Assembly (NCBI GenBank): GCA_024679065.1
Contig: JAGIQG010000004.1
Location: 14,136,001 to 14,200,000, forward strand
Length of the DNA stretch: 64,000 bases
Direction of reading: 5' to 3'
DNA from: Sphyrna mokarran
Lineage: Eukaryota
Shown: positions 25,320 to 37,322 of the stretch, one piece after another
Position numbering within the stretch: the stretch's first letter is position 1
How the letters are laid out: each line of letters starts with the position of its first letter
The notes under the pieces: model-generated
Told to the model about the DNA's origin: nothing
What the model saw: the letters and a program-made list of their open reading frames with translations, nothing else
The model's database searches: none
Made by a program: the position numbers and the translations under genes

Positions 25320-25750
25320 TACTTCGGTCCACCTTGTTGCGATGGGTCGTGAGAGGGCTGCTCTTGGATTTTTCGAGAATAGCCTCGTGCTTCACATCGT
25401 TAGTGTACGCTTGACCCGGACCATTTGACGGGCAACACGTTAGTCCAGTGACTATCGCTGTGCTATGAAGATACATGGATTTGGGCCTGTGTCTGTGGGA
25501 GTTTGTGCATTCTCCCCGTGCTTGAGTGGGTTTTCTCCGGGTGCTCTGGTTTCCTCCCACATCCCAAAGATGTGCTCTTAGGCTGATTGGCAGAACAAAT
25601 TCTCCCTAAATTGTCTCACAAGTTTGGTTCCAATGCATAGATCTATAAACATATTCAGGGATCATGGGTAGAAGTGGGAACATTGAGGTGGCGGCGCGGG
25701 CTCGTTGGGCCGAAGGGCCTGTTTCCCGTGCTGTTTTGTTCTTTGTTCTC
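25320..25750 (+). mobile_element. V-core SINE with atypical structured head and CR1-like tail
   Basis: V-core at about 25490-25590 and tail gggccgaagggcctgtttcccgtgctgttttgttctttgttct. The head lacks the tRNA boxes of the other copies. A second copy lies at 27495-27810 on the - strand. Confidence 0.7.
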
Positions 25751-27494
25751 TGTACCTACTTGTAATCTACTGGAGGTTTTCCTGCAGTGCTGCTAGGCGA
25801 GCATTGCTATGATTGTTGACCCGGTGATGGTGTCTGGGTTGAATTGATGTCCTGACACCTGAGGGCCTTCCTGACCAGTGAGTCATCAAGAGCAGGAAAT
25901 CTGGCCCATTTACTTCTCCCAAGCTCAAGGAAGCGGAGGCTAATCGTGACTCTCCAGCAGATGCCTGGGCTAAGGGGCGCCAACATGGTCAAAATTGTGT
26001 CTTGTGCTGGAGAGTAGAAAATGGCTCCCTTAATATCTTAAAACAAACAGGGTCAGAGATAATGGAAATACATCTGGAAGTAAAATAAAACCTGAACTTT
26101 GTTATCGTCCATTTATACACCAGGGGCTAACTATTTATGGCATTGCTTCAAAGCCATGTAAGCCCATGTCCTGGGGGCAAACAGTGCTGCAAGCTGCTAC
26201 TCACAACACATACATTTCTCCATTTATACTCCTTCAAGAATTTTGCCAATTTCTTCTGCAAGTTGTGATCAGTAACCAAATGCCGGACAAAGGGCATAAC
26301 CAGCCCTCCCCAGTATCCTCTGACTTTCCCCCTTATATCTTGACTTGCCTATTACCAATTAGATTGCATGGTTAGGTAAGGAATTTGTGCATGAAGAAAT
26401 CCTCACTCCATCATTCTTTGCCACCTTCATGTAACATATGGGCATATAGATATTAGTGTAGAACTATAGAATCCTTACATTTCAGAAGAAGGCTATTTGG
26501 CCCATCGAGCTTGTACTGGCCACAATCCCACCCAGGCCCCATTTGCGTAACCCTCATTTACCTTATTAATCCCATTGATATTAGGGGCAATTTAGCATGG
26601 CCAATCATGTTAACCCCCACATCTTTGGACTGCGGGAGGAAACTGGAGCACCTGGACAAAACCTACATAGACACAGGGAGAACAGGAAGACTCTACACAG
26701 ACGCTGGCACAAGCCGGGTATTGAAACAGGATCGCTGGCTCTGTGAGGCAGCAGAGAGTCAGAAGGGCGGTTTTGTGGGGTCTTGAGGCTGACCACTGAC
26801 TGAGCTGGCCAGCTGAAGGGAGGCAGGCATGCAGGGCTATACTACACATACACCGATCTCTGCTATGGCAGTTCGGTGCATGTGCAGTAGTTTGCTCAGC
26901 ACTATGCTGGAATAGACTGATTTTTATCGTGATTCAATCTTGGGCACTCTGAGATGCAGTGTGGGAGATTCATTTTGAAAATCTCACTAAAAAAAAAACA
27001 ATGTGATTTTACTTTCTACACGAATTTGGCACTTAGAATTTTTCTGGGAGAATCCTGGCCATAGTTCTGACAAATAATTCAGTGGCAATCTCCTTGTGAC
27101 AACCTTTAGGAATCATAGGGACTATAAAATCTATTTCCTCCTCGCACATCCAGTCCACCAAGTTAAGAAGAGAATCTCCTGTCTTGAAAAAAGAACTTGC
27201 GTTTGTCAGCACGGTGACACAGTGATTAGCACCGCTGCCTCACAGTGCCCTGGACCCGGATTTGATTCCTGGCTTGAGTCACTGTCTCTGTGGAATCTGT
27301 CCGTTCTTCCTGTGTCTGCGTGAGTTTCCTCCGGATGCTCCAGTTTCCTCCCATGTTCCAAAGATGTGTGGGTTAGGTGGATTGGCAATACTAAATTGCC
27401 CCTTAGTGTTGGGAGGGCTAGCATGGTATGATGGGAATAGGGCCTGAGTGGGATTGTAGTAGCTGTAGACGTGACGGGCTGAATGGCCTTCATC

Positions 27495-27810
27495 TAGAAC
27501 AAAGAACAACACAGCACAGAGAACAGGCCCTTCGACCCAACGAGTCCGCGCTGCCATTTTAACCGCGTGAGTTCCCTTTTGCACCATGACCCTTGTCTAT
27601 GTTTATGGAAATCCACATTGGAAACCAGATTGGGGATTCAATTTAGGGACAATTTGTTTCACCAATCAGCTGAAGAGCACATCTTTGGGGTGTGGGGAGG
27701 AAATCGGAATACCCAGAGAAAACCCACGCAAACATGGGGAGAATGCGCAAACTCCCACAAATACTGGCCCAAATCCATGTATCTGCACAGCAAACAGTGA
27801 TAGTCACTGA
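27495..27810 (-). mobile_element. 5'-truncated copy of the atypical-head V-SINE
   Basis: Shares cagtgactatc...gatacatggatttgggcc, the V-core and the tail with 25446-25750. Confidence 0.7.
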
Positions 27811-28862
27811 GCTGTCGTATTAATCTGTACTGAGCTGATCTGTACTGTTAGATTCTCTAAACTCAAGATATCAGAAAGGGCTCCACAAAACTTCACACCC
27901 AATGAACCACTTGGAAAGTTTAGACATCTTTCATTGGCTGGGTAAATGCTGAAACCAATTTTCACACATGAAGTTCCTGGAAAAATCAGAATCTTAATTT
28001 TAGCTGGAATTCTCTGACCTGCCCCCAGCAGAGGTTCTCCAGTGCCACTGCAGTGAATGGAGTTTTGGCTGAATGTCAAATGTCTACTTTCGCCAGCAGT
28101 GAATGATATCAGAGAATTCCGGCCTATGTCACAGAAGTCGTCTTTGGCTCATTTTTGTCTGTGCTAGCTCTTTGAGAGACCTATACAAATTCTCTCATTC
28201 CCTCAAAATCACTTCCTCCTTACAGTTTCCTCATTTTCCCCGACATGGTGGTACAGTAGTTAGCACTGCTGCCTCATAGTGCCAGGGAGCTGGGTTCAAT
28301 TTCAGCCTTAGGTCACTGTCTATGTGGAGTTTGCACATTCTCCCCGTGTCTGCGTGGATTTCCTCCCAGGTTTTCTGGTTTCCTCCAACAGTCCAAAGGT
28401 ATGCAGGTTAGGTGGATTGGCCAGGCTAAATTGCCCCTTAGAACCCAGTTTTACCATTGTGTTGCAAAAGCTTGGTGAAGTTGGTCTTGAGATGAGTAGC
28501 ATGATCCATGCCCAATTCCACACCTGTTTCCCCCTTTACCAAGGCCTGAAAGTGGCTGCAATTGGGACTGCGTCCAATATGAGTATGACAGCTATTTAAT
28601 TACATTTGAATGCATTTAAATTGATTTAATGGGCTGCACTGCAACATTACCAACACTTCCTCCTTTACCATCACGTTCGCATATCTAGAATTGGCATGAA
28701 GCAGGCATGCTTCACAAAGGTCCAATTTGGACTCTCTCAGTTGGTGAAGAGGTGGGTGCCTAACTTCCAATGGCTCTCTGTTTTATGTCGATTGAGTGGG
28801 AGAAAAGGAGTGTCTCCTGCCTCTCTACCTGAGGTAGAGATGCCGGCGTTGGACTGGGGTAA

Positions 28863-29037
28863 ACTCAGTAAGAGCTCTGACAACACCAATTTTAAATTCA
28901 ACCGATTTATTTGATAGTAAACTTGCTAGCTTTCGGCTCATTCGTCTGACGAAGGCACAAACACCGAAAGCTAGCAAGTTTATTATCAAATAAATTGGTT
29001 GGATTTAAAATTGGTGTTGTCAGACCTCTTACTGAGT
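28863..29037. repeat. 74-bp-arm inverted repeat with hammerhead-like core in the loop
   Basis: Arms 28863-28936 and 28964-29037 differ at 4 positions. CTGACGA at 28946-28952 and GAAA at 28966-28969. Confidence 0.85.
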
Positions 29038-29510
29038 CTCTGCCTGAGATCAGTCGGGGGAAAGAGGAGACTGCTGCCATTCTGTCTGAGATCAGTTGAG
29101 GTAAAAGGGGGAACCACGGTCACTCTGCCTGAGATTAATGGCGGGGAAGTGGAGAAGGGGGGTGGGGGATCCACTGCCAGTCTGCCTGAGATCAGTGGAG
29201 GAGGGGGGTGGGGGATCCACTGCCAGTCTGCCTGAGATGAGTGGAGAAGGGGGGTGGGGGATCCACTGCCAGTCTGCCTGAGATCAATGGAGGGAAAGGC
29301 AGGTATCCATTACCACTCTACCTGAGATCAGTGGAGGGGAAGGGATGGTCTGCTGCCAGTCTGCCTGAGATTGGTGGGGAGGAACACAGGAGAGTTCCCT
29401 GCCACTCAGCCTGAGATGGGGAATGGGTGAAGGGGGGGGTCTGTTGCCACTCTGCCTGAAATCAGTTGTGGGGAGGGGGAGGGGCCAATGATCAGTCTGA
29501 GTGGTAGGGG
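29038..29510. repeat. G-rich minisatellite, unit about 45-48 bp
   Basis: About 10 degenerate copies of ctgccagtctgcctgagatcagtggag(g)n...atccac. Confidence 0.8.
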
Positions 29511-31017
29511 AATAAGGGGGTCAGTAACGTTGTGGGGGTGAAGCAATGTCCGTGGGGGCCAGAGGAAGGAATTATCTGGCCTGGCAAGAGTGGGGCAGAG
29601 GAGCAGCATTCTATCATTTCTTTTCTGCCCAGTTGCAGGCGCCAATCAGAGTTGCAGGATCTCGGCCCACAGGCTTCTGCAGTTTGATTCAGAATCGCTG
29701 ATATTTGCCAGGCAGAGTGCATATAGCGAGTGCCTGAGAACAGGCCTAAAAGTCAGATTTGAAACATCTGTCCAGCACGTAGAATCAAAATGGTAAAATA
29801 GGGCCCTTAGTGTCAGGGGACTAGCTAGGGTAAGTGTGTGGAGATAGGCATTAGGTAGGAGTGTGATTGGTGCAGACCCGATGTGCTGAACAGCCTCATT
29901 CTGCATTGCCCCAAGGTTAAAGTGTTGTTAAAGTGAGAGAATCAGGAAACAACAAAAAACAGCAATTGGAGAACGTTCTCTCCATTACAGCGGCAGGAAA
30001 AACAATAAAGCAAATAAAATAATGGAATGAGAGAAAGCTAAAAATAAACATTAAAAAAGCAAGTAAGTTACAAATATTATGTTTGTAATTTATTTTCAGT
30101 GTGTATATTTCCTTGCCTTTGCCACTTTACTCATGCCAGTTTAACTCAGCGGGAAGCGGTCTGCTTTTCCAAGTTAGAAGAAATGTTGGCTAGGCATTTC
30201 ATAAGGTGTCATGCTGAAACTCTGACTATTTAATCACTACGTAGTAAATTGGTGCCAACTACATATATGTGTAGGATGTCTTGGTGCCAAGTACAAATAC
30301 AGCGGCAAGCTGATCTTGCCTCATGTGGTCATACACGGTACTGCAGTGAGAATTTACCCAGAAAGAAAAGGGTTGAGATGCACTTTCAGTTGTCCAGAAG
30401 TGACAAGAGGCCAATATAGTTTCCTTACAAGAAGAAAGGACTTGCATTCATTGACAACCTCAGGATATCAGCAAGTGCTTCACACCCAGTGTGAAAGCAA
30501 GTTGTTTTTCCACAGAGGGTGGTGGGTGCCTGGATGTTGCTGCTGGGGGAGGTAGTGGAAGCGGATACAATAGTGATCTTTTAAGGGGTGTCTTGACAAA
30601 TACATGAATAGGATGGGAATAGAGGGATATGGTCCCTGGAAGGATACAGGCTTTTTAATTCAGTCCAGCAGCATGGCTGGTGCAGGCTGGAGGCTAAAGG
30701 GCCTGTTCCTCTGCTGTAATTTTCTTTGCTCTCATCGAGCAACTTGTAAATTGCAGATATTTTTCATTGTGTAGATAAACACTGTACTTCAAAATGCTGC
30801 AAAATTATCAAATCATAAAACCTTACAGCACCGAAGGATTAGTTTGCGTAGTATTTAGCACTGTTGTACTCTCTGATTATTCTGAATTATCCTTCTGCCT
30901 TAAATGATCAGCTGCTAGATTATCCCTTCACTTGTTCAATTGCTTGGCAACACTCTACAAACTGATTATACTTATATGCTGGTTATTAGCACTCATGATT
31001 ACCTGTAAGGACTTGCA

Positions 31018-31925
31018 GTGAGATTCTCCCAGAAAAATTCTAAGCATCAAACTTGCATAAAAACCAGAGTAAGTCGGGAGTTTCAAAAGGAACCTCCCAT
31101 ACTTTGTGCACTGCAGAGTGTACTGGGGTGAATCTCGTTAAAAATCAATTGCAATTCGCGGAAAAGAAACTGGCGTCACAGCGCTGAATGGGCCACTACG
31201 CATGAGTCGATTTGTCAAAGCGGAGATTGGCGCATAAGCTGTGGCCTTGCACTATTAGCTTCCTGATCGTTGGCCAATTTGATTGCTGGTCCTGACCCTC
31301 CTCCCCGCCACCAGCCTGTCTCAAACTCCCCCTAGTATGCAGTCTAGACCGCAGCCCCCCTCGCAGCCCTGATCCCCCCAGCAGGCCGACTCTCTCCCAC
31401 ACCCCGATGGCAAGTCCTGATCATTGGTTTCCCTACCTCTGACATGACAATGACAGAATGGCAGTGGGACCCCTCCACCCCACACCCCCGATCTTCCCCC
31501 ACAGAGGCCCCGCCCTTATAGGCCCTGCCCCTTTGGCACTGCCCAACGCCCAATGGGCAGTGCCAAGTTGCCTCTTGGGCAGTGCCACTTTTCCCCTTGG
31601 GCAGTGCCAGGGAGCCAGGCTGGCACAGCCAAGCTGACAATGGCCAGGAGTTTACAATAGTTCTTCACTGGGGAGCTGGTGGCCTGAACCCCTCCCCCGG
31701 AGTGGAACACTTATAACAGGCCCCGGAAACTGCAGTCACGGGATCGCTAATGATGTTTAAATTGTAATTTGAACAATTTATACAGTCCCACGCCAATTTC
31801 TGGCACAGCGCTGAAGGTGTTTGAAATCTGGTAGCTGGAGACTCGCAGAGGAGGAAGTAGGAAGTCTACTGCATGGTCTCCACTTGAGTCTCCCACTGGG
31901 GCTGCTTTAGCAGGAGAATCACCCC
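31018..31925. mobile_element. Non-autonomous TIR element (Harbinger-like) with GC-rich interior
   Basis: Ends ...gattctcc and ggagaatc. The interior ggcactgcc/ggcagtgcc palindromic units recur at about 23700-24050 and 34320-34900. A terminal piece lies at about 26760-27060. Confidence 0.55.
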
Positions 31926-33154
31926 TTGTTATTCAGCCAGCCTACAATGCATCACTATCTGTACCTGTGAATGTCTGGCTATCATTGCTCCACCTATATA
32001 TTCTGTGCCTGCCTGCCTCTCTACACCTGATGAAGGAGCAGCACCCCGAAAGCTTGTGATTTCAAATAAACTTTTGGACTATAACCCGGTGTCTTGTGAC
32101 TTCTCATCCAACAAAGAAGATGGCCTTGCAGCTCATCTTTGTCTATAAATAATGTTTTTGTCTCTCTCAATTCACAAGCGATGTCCTCATGATGTGCTTT
32201 CATAACATAATCTCACCTGACTGAACAGGCAACTCAGAAATAAATATTGGTGAAGGGTTTGTTCTGATGTCCTGAAAGGTTAGCTGCGTGATTTAACCTT
32301 GAATGCAGATACATCTGTTATTCATTGCCAACGAGCTTCTGTTTTGATTTTAAACAGGGAACTTCGGGAAGCCAATTGTACTTAACCCCAGTTAACACAA
32401 TATGTGTGATGCAAACCAGTTAGTGTCATGTACAAATAAACTCTGTTGTAATGTTTCATGCTGTAATCTCCAATTTGTGCTCTGGAAGCAGATCAAGGGA
32501 GAGGATCCATCAGAAAGGCATGATCTTTCAAATTCCACATAAGGAATGCATGAATATTCCTTTGTAATTAAAATTAGGATCTGAAGATAAACATCCTATG
32601 GAAACTACCTGGATAAACATTTGGCACATCATGACATTCAAGTGCTGGTGAAATGAGATTAGGTGGAAGGTCAGGTATTTCTCGCATATCAGTGACTCAG
32701 TGGGCCGCAGGACCTCTTCCTGTGTAATTCTATGATTCTATAAATGATGTGGAGATGCCAGTGTTGGACTAAGGTGAGCACAGTAAGAAGTCTCAACACT
32801 AGGCTAAAGTCTGACAGGTTTATTTGGTGTCACGAGCTTTCAAAGCACTGCTCTTTCACCAGATGAGTGACTCACCATGATTCTATGAAGAGATAGACCT
32901 GCAGAAGAATTGGTAACGTGAGGGCGTACTTTGGTTTCATAGGAATGCTTCCACATTCCACATGCCTTGTTGAGAAATATTTACTAACCGAAGCTGACAT
33001 CTGCAGTACAGAAATAACACGCAGTTATAGTTTTTTTGTTGCTCTGAGCCACAGACTATTTTGAAACACTTTTTTGGAAAACGCGGTTCTGTTAAAAAAA
33101 ACTCACACCATGAGAAAATATAAAAATTCTTTGAAATGGAATTCAAATAAATTT

Positions 33155-33485
33155 GGGCAACACTGTGGGACAGTGGTTAGCGCTGTTGCCTCACAGCTTC
33201 AGGGACCCGTGTTCGATTCCCAGTTTGGGAACTGGGTGGAATCTGCATGTTCTCGTCATGTCTGCATGGGTTTCCTTCGGATGCTCTGGTTTGTTTTTAC
33301 AGTCTAACGATGTGTGGGTTAGGTGCGCTGGCCATGCGAAATTGCCCCTTAGTGCCTGGGATGTGTGAGTTAGAGGGATTAGCAGGGTAAATGTGTGGGA
33401 TTATGGGGATGGGGCCTGGTTAGGATTGTTGTCAGTGCAGACTTGATGGGCCAGATGGCTTCCTTTTGCATTGTAGGGCTTCAAT
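33155..33485 (+). mobile_element. HE1/V-SINE-like SINE, full length
   Basis: Head, V-core and CR1-type tail. Further copies near 26460-26752(-), 27208-27490(+), 33762-34062(+), 37550-37852(+), 38715-39030(-), 40175-40487(+), 46975-47230(+), 56230-56485(+), 57545-57700(-) and 63845-64000(-). Confidence 0.85.
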
Positions 33486-34789
33486 GAATTGTAAAGCAAA
33501 TTGGGAGACTACAGCTACATGTAGTGTAATATTCAGGAAAATACAAGAATGCATGGATCAAGTAATGGATAGCCTCAACATTGAGAAGAGTAGGATGAAA
33601 GGAAATGTGAATCAAGAAAGGAAGATAGAAAGAATTAACTTACATTTATATAGCACTTTCAGTAAGCTCAGTAGATCTCAAAGAAATTTGCAGCCAATGA
33701 AATACATTTTTGAGGGTTATTACTATTATAAATGGAATTAAGGTAGGAACTGCAACAATTGGGGCAGCACAGCGGCATAATGGTTAGCACTCCTGCCTCA
33801 CAGCACCAGGGACCTGGGTTCAATTCTGACCTCAGGCGTCGAGTTTGCATATTCTCCCTACGTCTGTGTGGCTTTCCTCCGGGTGTTCCGGTTTTCTCCA
33901 ACGATGTGCAAGTTAGGTGGATTGGCCTTGCTAAATTGCTCTTAGTATACGGGGACTAACAGGGTAAATATGTGATGTTACAGGGATTGGGCCTGGGTGT
34001 GATTGTGGTTGGTGCAGACTCGATGGGCCAAATGGTCTTCTTCTGCACTGTAGGGATTCTATGAACCAATTTTTAGCCTCAAACAAGGTCCCACAAACAT
34101 CAATGAGATGAACGACAAGATCATTTGTTTTGGTGATGTTTGGTTGAGGGATAAATATCGGCCAGGACACCGAATAGAACTGGCCTGCAGAGTCATGGGA
34201 TTGATTACACCCACCCGAGAAGGTGGACAGTTTAAGAGACAGTGTGGAAATTGAACCCACAACCTTTGACACAGAGGGGGAAAGCTGCTGACTGAACCAC
34301 AGCTGACTGGTCAATGGTCAGCCCTTTGACTCCGCATTGCTGCCACTCTGATCTTCCGTCCCCTGGCCTGGATCAACAACCAGTCCCCTCCCCCACCCTT
34401 CCCCTACTCCAGCCCACCCCCTAGCAGTCTCAATCTTCCTATCCCCTCCTCTCACTGGCTGCCCCAACACCCGCCTGCAGTCCCTCCCCACCCCATCCCC
34501 CCGTGCAGCACTGAGCCTCTGGCACGCTAACCACCTTCCCACTCCGACAGCCAGTTCTAATCACTGGCCGTCTTTCCTCTATCACTGAGAGTGGCAGGGG
34601 GAATTAACACCCCCAACAATCTCCCCCACGCAGGCCTTGCTCCCTTCCCACCTTGTCCCCTGGCACTAGTGGTGCCAAGGTGCTCCCTGGACATTGTCAC
34701 TTTGCCCCCCCTTGGGCAGTGCCAGAAAGCCAGGCTTGCACTCTCAGGTTGGCAATGCCCAGAGGGCACCCCCTTTATCCGCAGCTCTC

Positions 34790-34790
34790 T

Positions 34791-34822
<32 letters not shown>
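34790..34822. repeat. Poly-G homopolymer (about 32 nt)
   Basis: Directly visible. A poly-C plus (CA)n run also lies at about 16925-16958. Confidence 0.9.
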
Positions 34823-34823
<1 letters not shown>

Positions 34824-35097
34824 GGTCATCCATGGGCCTCCTTCACTCCAGTAAGGCCAGGCTGCTAGCTAGAGCAGTGCAGCAGGCTGGGAGAGTAAAC
34901 TTATAAGAAAAAGTCAAAACTGGAGGAGGTGAGGCATTCCACAGGTTTAGGAAGAGAGGTTTTAAGTATCACTTGTGAATTTAGGTTGCCTGTCCTTACA
35001 ACTTTTAATCATGGCTGGTGAACAGACTGCAATACAGAGAAACAAAGATAGGGAGGAGGAGAAAAATGCAAATTAATCTGCCAAAGAAACAGCATTG

Positions 35098-35395
35098 CTG
35101 ACATATCGCCAAAACCTTTCATCTTGCACTCATCAGGACAAACACAAGAATGTCAAATGTCAAACAATCACAACAATTTACATCACAGGAGAAGCTGGGT
35201 AAAGATTAGATATCAAGTTAAGTCTGAATAGCTGAGGCATTGGCTGAAGCAATGGGGAACTACAGTCTCCCCAAGCTTTGGAGGACTTTCCAGGCAATTT
35301 TTTTTCCTTTGGTACAAATTGCTGTGATTGCTTGATATTTGGCATTCCTGCATTTGTCCTGATGAGTTCAGGTCCAGAAGCTTTGGCAACATCCC
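35098..35395. repeat. Fold-back element with hammerhead-like cores in both arms
   Basis: Arms at about 35098-35182 and 35312-35395 are inverted. Reverse strand reads cctgatgagtgcaagatgaaagg; forward reads cctgatgagttcagg. A single-arm relative lies at about 61840-61990. Confidence 0.6.
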
Positions 35396-36014
35396 TCCTT
35401 TCAGAAAACAAATAACAACAAAAAGGAGTTCAACTGACTGTCATGTCAAAGCAGAGGCACATCTGTGCACTGCGTATAGGTTGAAATAGCTCATCGCATT
35501 AAGAGTTCCTGCTCACACAAACAGAGTGTTGATTCTAATTAATTTTGCATGCTTGAACAAATTTCGCTATCCTGCACATCGCAAAAATGATTATCTGACC
35601 TAACCACCCGAACAGCCCTCGCACGTTTTATACAGAAGGCAGGTTCATTTTGCTAAAACATTGTTTAATGGGCTGCAACTTTCTTCAGTCCAACTGTGTG
35701 AATTTGATGTTCATGGAAGCCGGGTGTGGGAAGAGTATGTGTTGCGGAGTGCATAGGCTAAAGAGGAAAGAAATGGTGCAGGGGCTATTGATTAGTGCAT
35801 GGGTAAGACAAGCAGTGTTCTCTTGATAGGAGAGTGGGAATGAGAAACAATGGAAGCACACCAGAGGGCCCAGGGTATGCAGTGATGGCAGAGTTGCGTC
35901 CAGAGATCTATGGACAGGCATAACCTCAAAGGTGAAGCTGCCTCTGATAAGAGCTTAATTTGTTTGAGGAATCTCTGCTTTGGTTGGGAGACTGCTTTTT
36001 AAACTTTTTTTAAA

Positions 36015-36445
36015 TTTGATTTATTATTGTCATGTGTATTAACATACAGTGAAAAGTATTGCTTCTTGCGCGCTATACAAAGCATACCATTCATAGAGAA
36101 GGAAAGGAGAGGGTGCAGAATGTGGTGTTACAGTCATAGCTAGACTATAGAGAGAGATCAACGTAACATAAGGCAGGTCCACTCAAAAGTCTGATAGCAG
36201 CAAGGAAGAAGCTGTTCTTTAATCAGTTGGTAGGTGAATTCAGACTTCTGTATCTTTTTCCTGGTGTAAAAAGGTGGAAGAAAGTATGTCCGGGGTGCAC
36301 GGGGTCTTTGATTACGCTGGCTGCTTTTCCGAGGTAGCAAGAAGTGTAGACAGAGTCAATGGATGGGCGGCTGGTTTGCGTGACGGATTGGATTACATTC
36401 ATGACCCTTTGTAGTTTCTTGTGGTTTTGGACAGAGCAGGAGTCT
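36015..36445 (-). mobile_element. Rex1/Babar-type LINE 3' fragment
   Basis: Same family as 54992-55400, with the ...catgacaataataaatcaaat tail. Confidence 0.7.
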
Positions 36446-37107
36446 TATATGACCTAATTGGATCAAGACTGGTGATACAGCTTTCTATTGGCACTGTAGT
36501 ATTGCAGCACTGATGATGTACCTCGGTATTTATACCAGAAACTCACTGGGGACTCAGTCACTTTGGGTGCTGCTCCAAGGTAGGATATTCTAAAATCATT
36601 AGCATGCAACAGCAGATGATACAAGAGTCACATTAAATTTTAAAACACTGATGTCCCCAGAATGAGGGGTGCCAGCTCTACCTCACGGCCACCTCTCTCG
36701 ACTCCTCCAATGCCAAATATTAAATGGGGTCTCCTCCAACTGCACCTTTGAGAAGACTGAAGCCATTGCTTTCAGTTCCCACTCCATGCCCTGTTCCCTG
36801 GCTACTGAATCCTTCACTTTCCTGGCAACTGCCTGAGATTAAGTTAGTTTATATATATTCGCAACTTTGGGGCTGAATTTTCTCCTCCTGCCTCTCCACA
36901 GGAATTATAATGGGTGGCAAGGGATCATACAAAAGTCTGTTTACCTCGGGTGAGGTCTTCCAGTCTTGGGGCAAGCGCAGCCGGAAAATCCCACCCATAG
37001 TGTCACACTGAATCTCGAAATGGGGTTGTGGTCAAATATTCACGCTATCACTAAGACGGTTTATTTCCATCTTTGCAACTTTGCCTCTGATTCAGGTCAT
37101 CTGCTGT

Positions 37108-37322
37108 TGAAACCAAAAGAGAAAATGCTGGAAAATCTCAACAGGACTGGCTGCATCCGTAAGGAGAGAAAAGAGCTGATGTTTCGAGTCCAGAGCTCGA
37201 AACGTCTGGACAATGCAATGTCAGCTCTTTTCTCTCTTTACAGACATTGCCAGACTGCTGAGATTTTCCAACGTTTTCTCTTTTGGTTTCACATTCCAGC
37301 ATCCACAGTAATTTGCTTTTAT
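37108..37322. repeat. Palindromic Penelope-like terminal element
   Basis: Inverted arms gaaaccaaaagagaaaatgctggaaaatctca... / ...tgagattttccaacgttttctcttttggtttc. A sibling lies at 41160-41403. Confidence 0.7.

Larger units (their letters stand above)
28441..29806. mobile_element. Non-autonomous PIF/Harbinger-type element with TTA TSD
   Basis: Imperfect TIRs gaacccagttttaccatt / aatggtaaaatagggccc, with TTA duplicated at 28438-28440 and 29807-29809. A sibling copy lies at 54025-54910. Confidence 0.8.
28245..29910 (+). mobile_element. HE1/V-SINE-like SINE split by a DNA transposon insertion
   Basis: 5' part 28245-28440 and 3' part 29807-29910 rejoin as aattgcccctta-gtgtcagggg. Confidence 0.8.

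Noticed and set aside
29038-29510. Regularly spaced repeats resembling a CRISPR array
   Set aside because: Eukaryotic context, the spacers are themselves similar and G-rich, and there are no cas genes. It is a minisatellite.
35700-36720. Second Harbinger transposase remnant
   Set aside because: Only vague resemblance; no catalytic motifs could be read.
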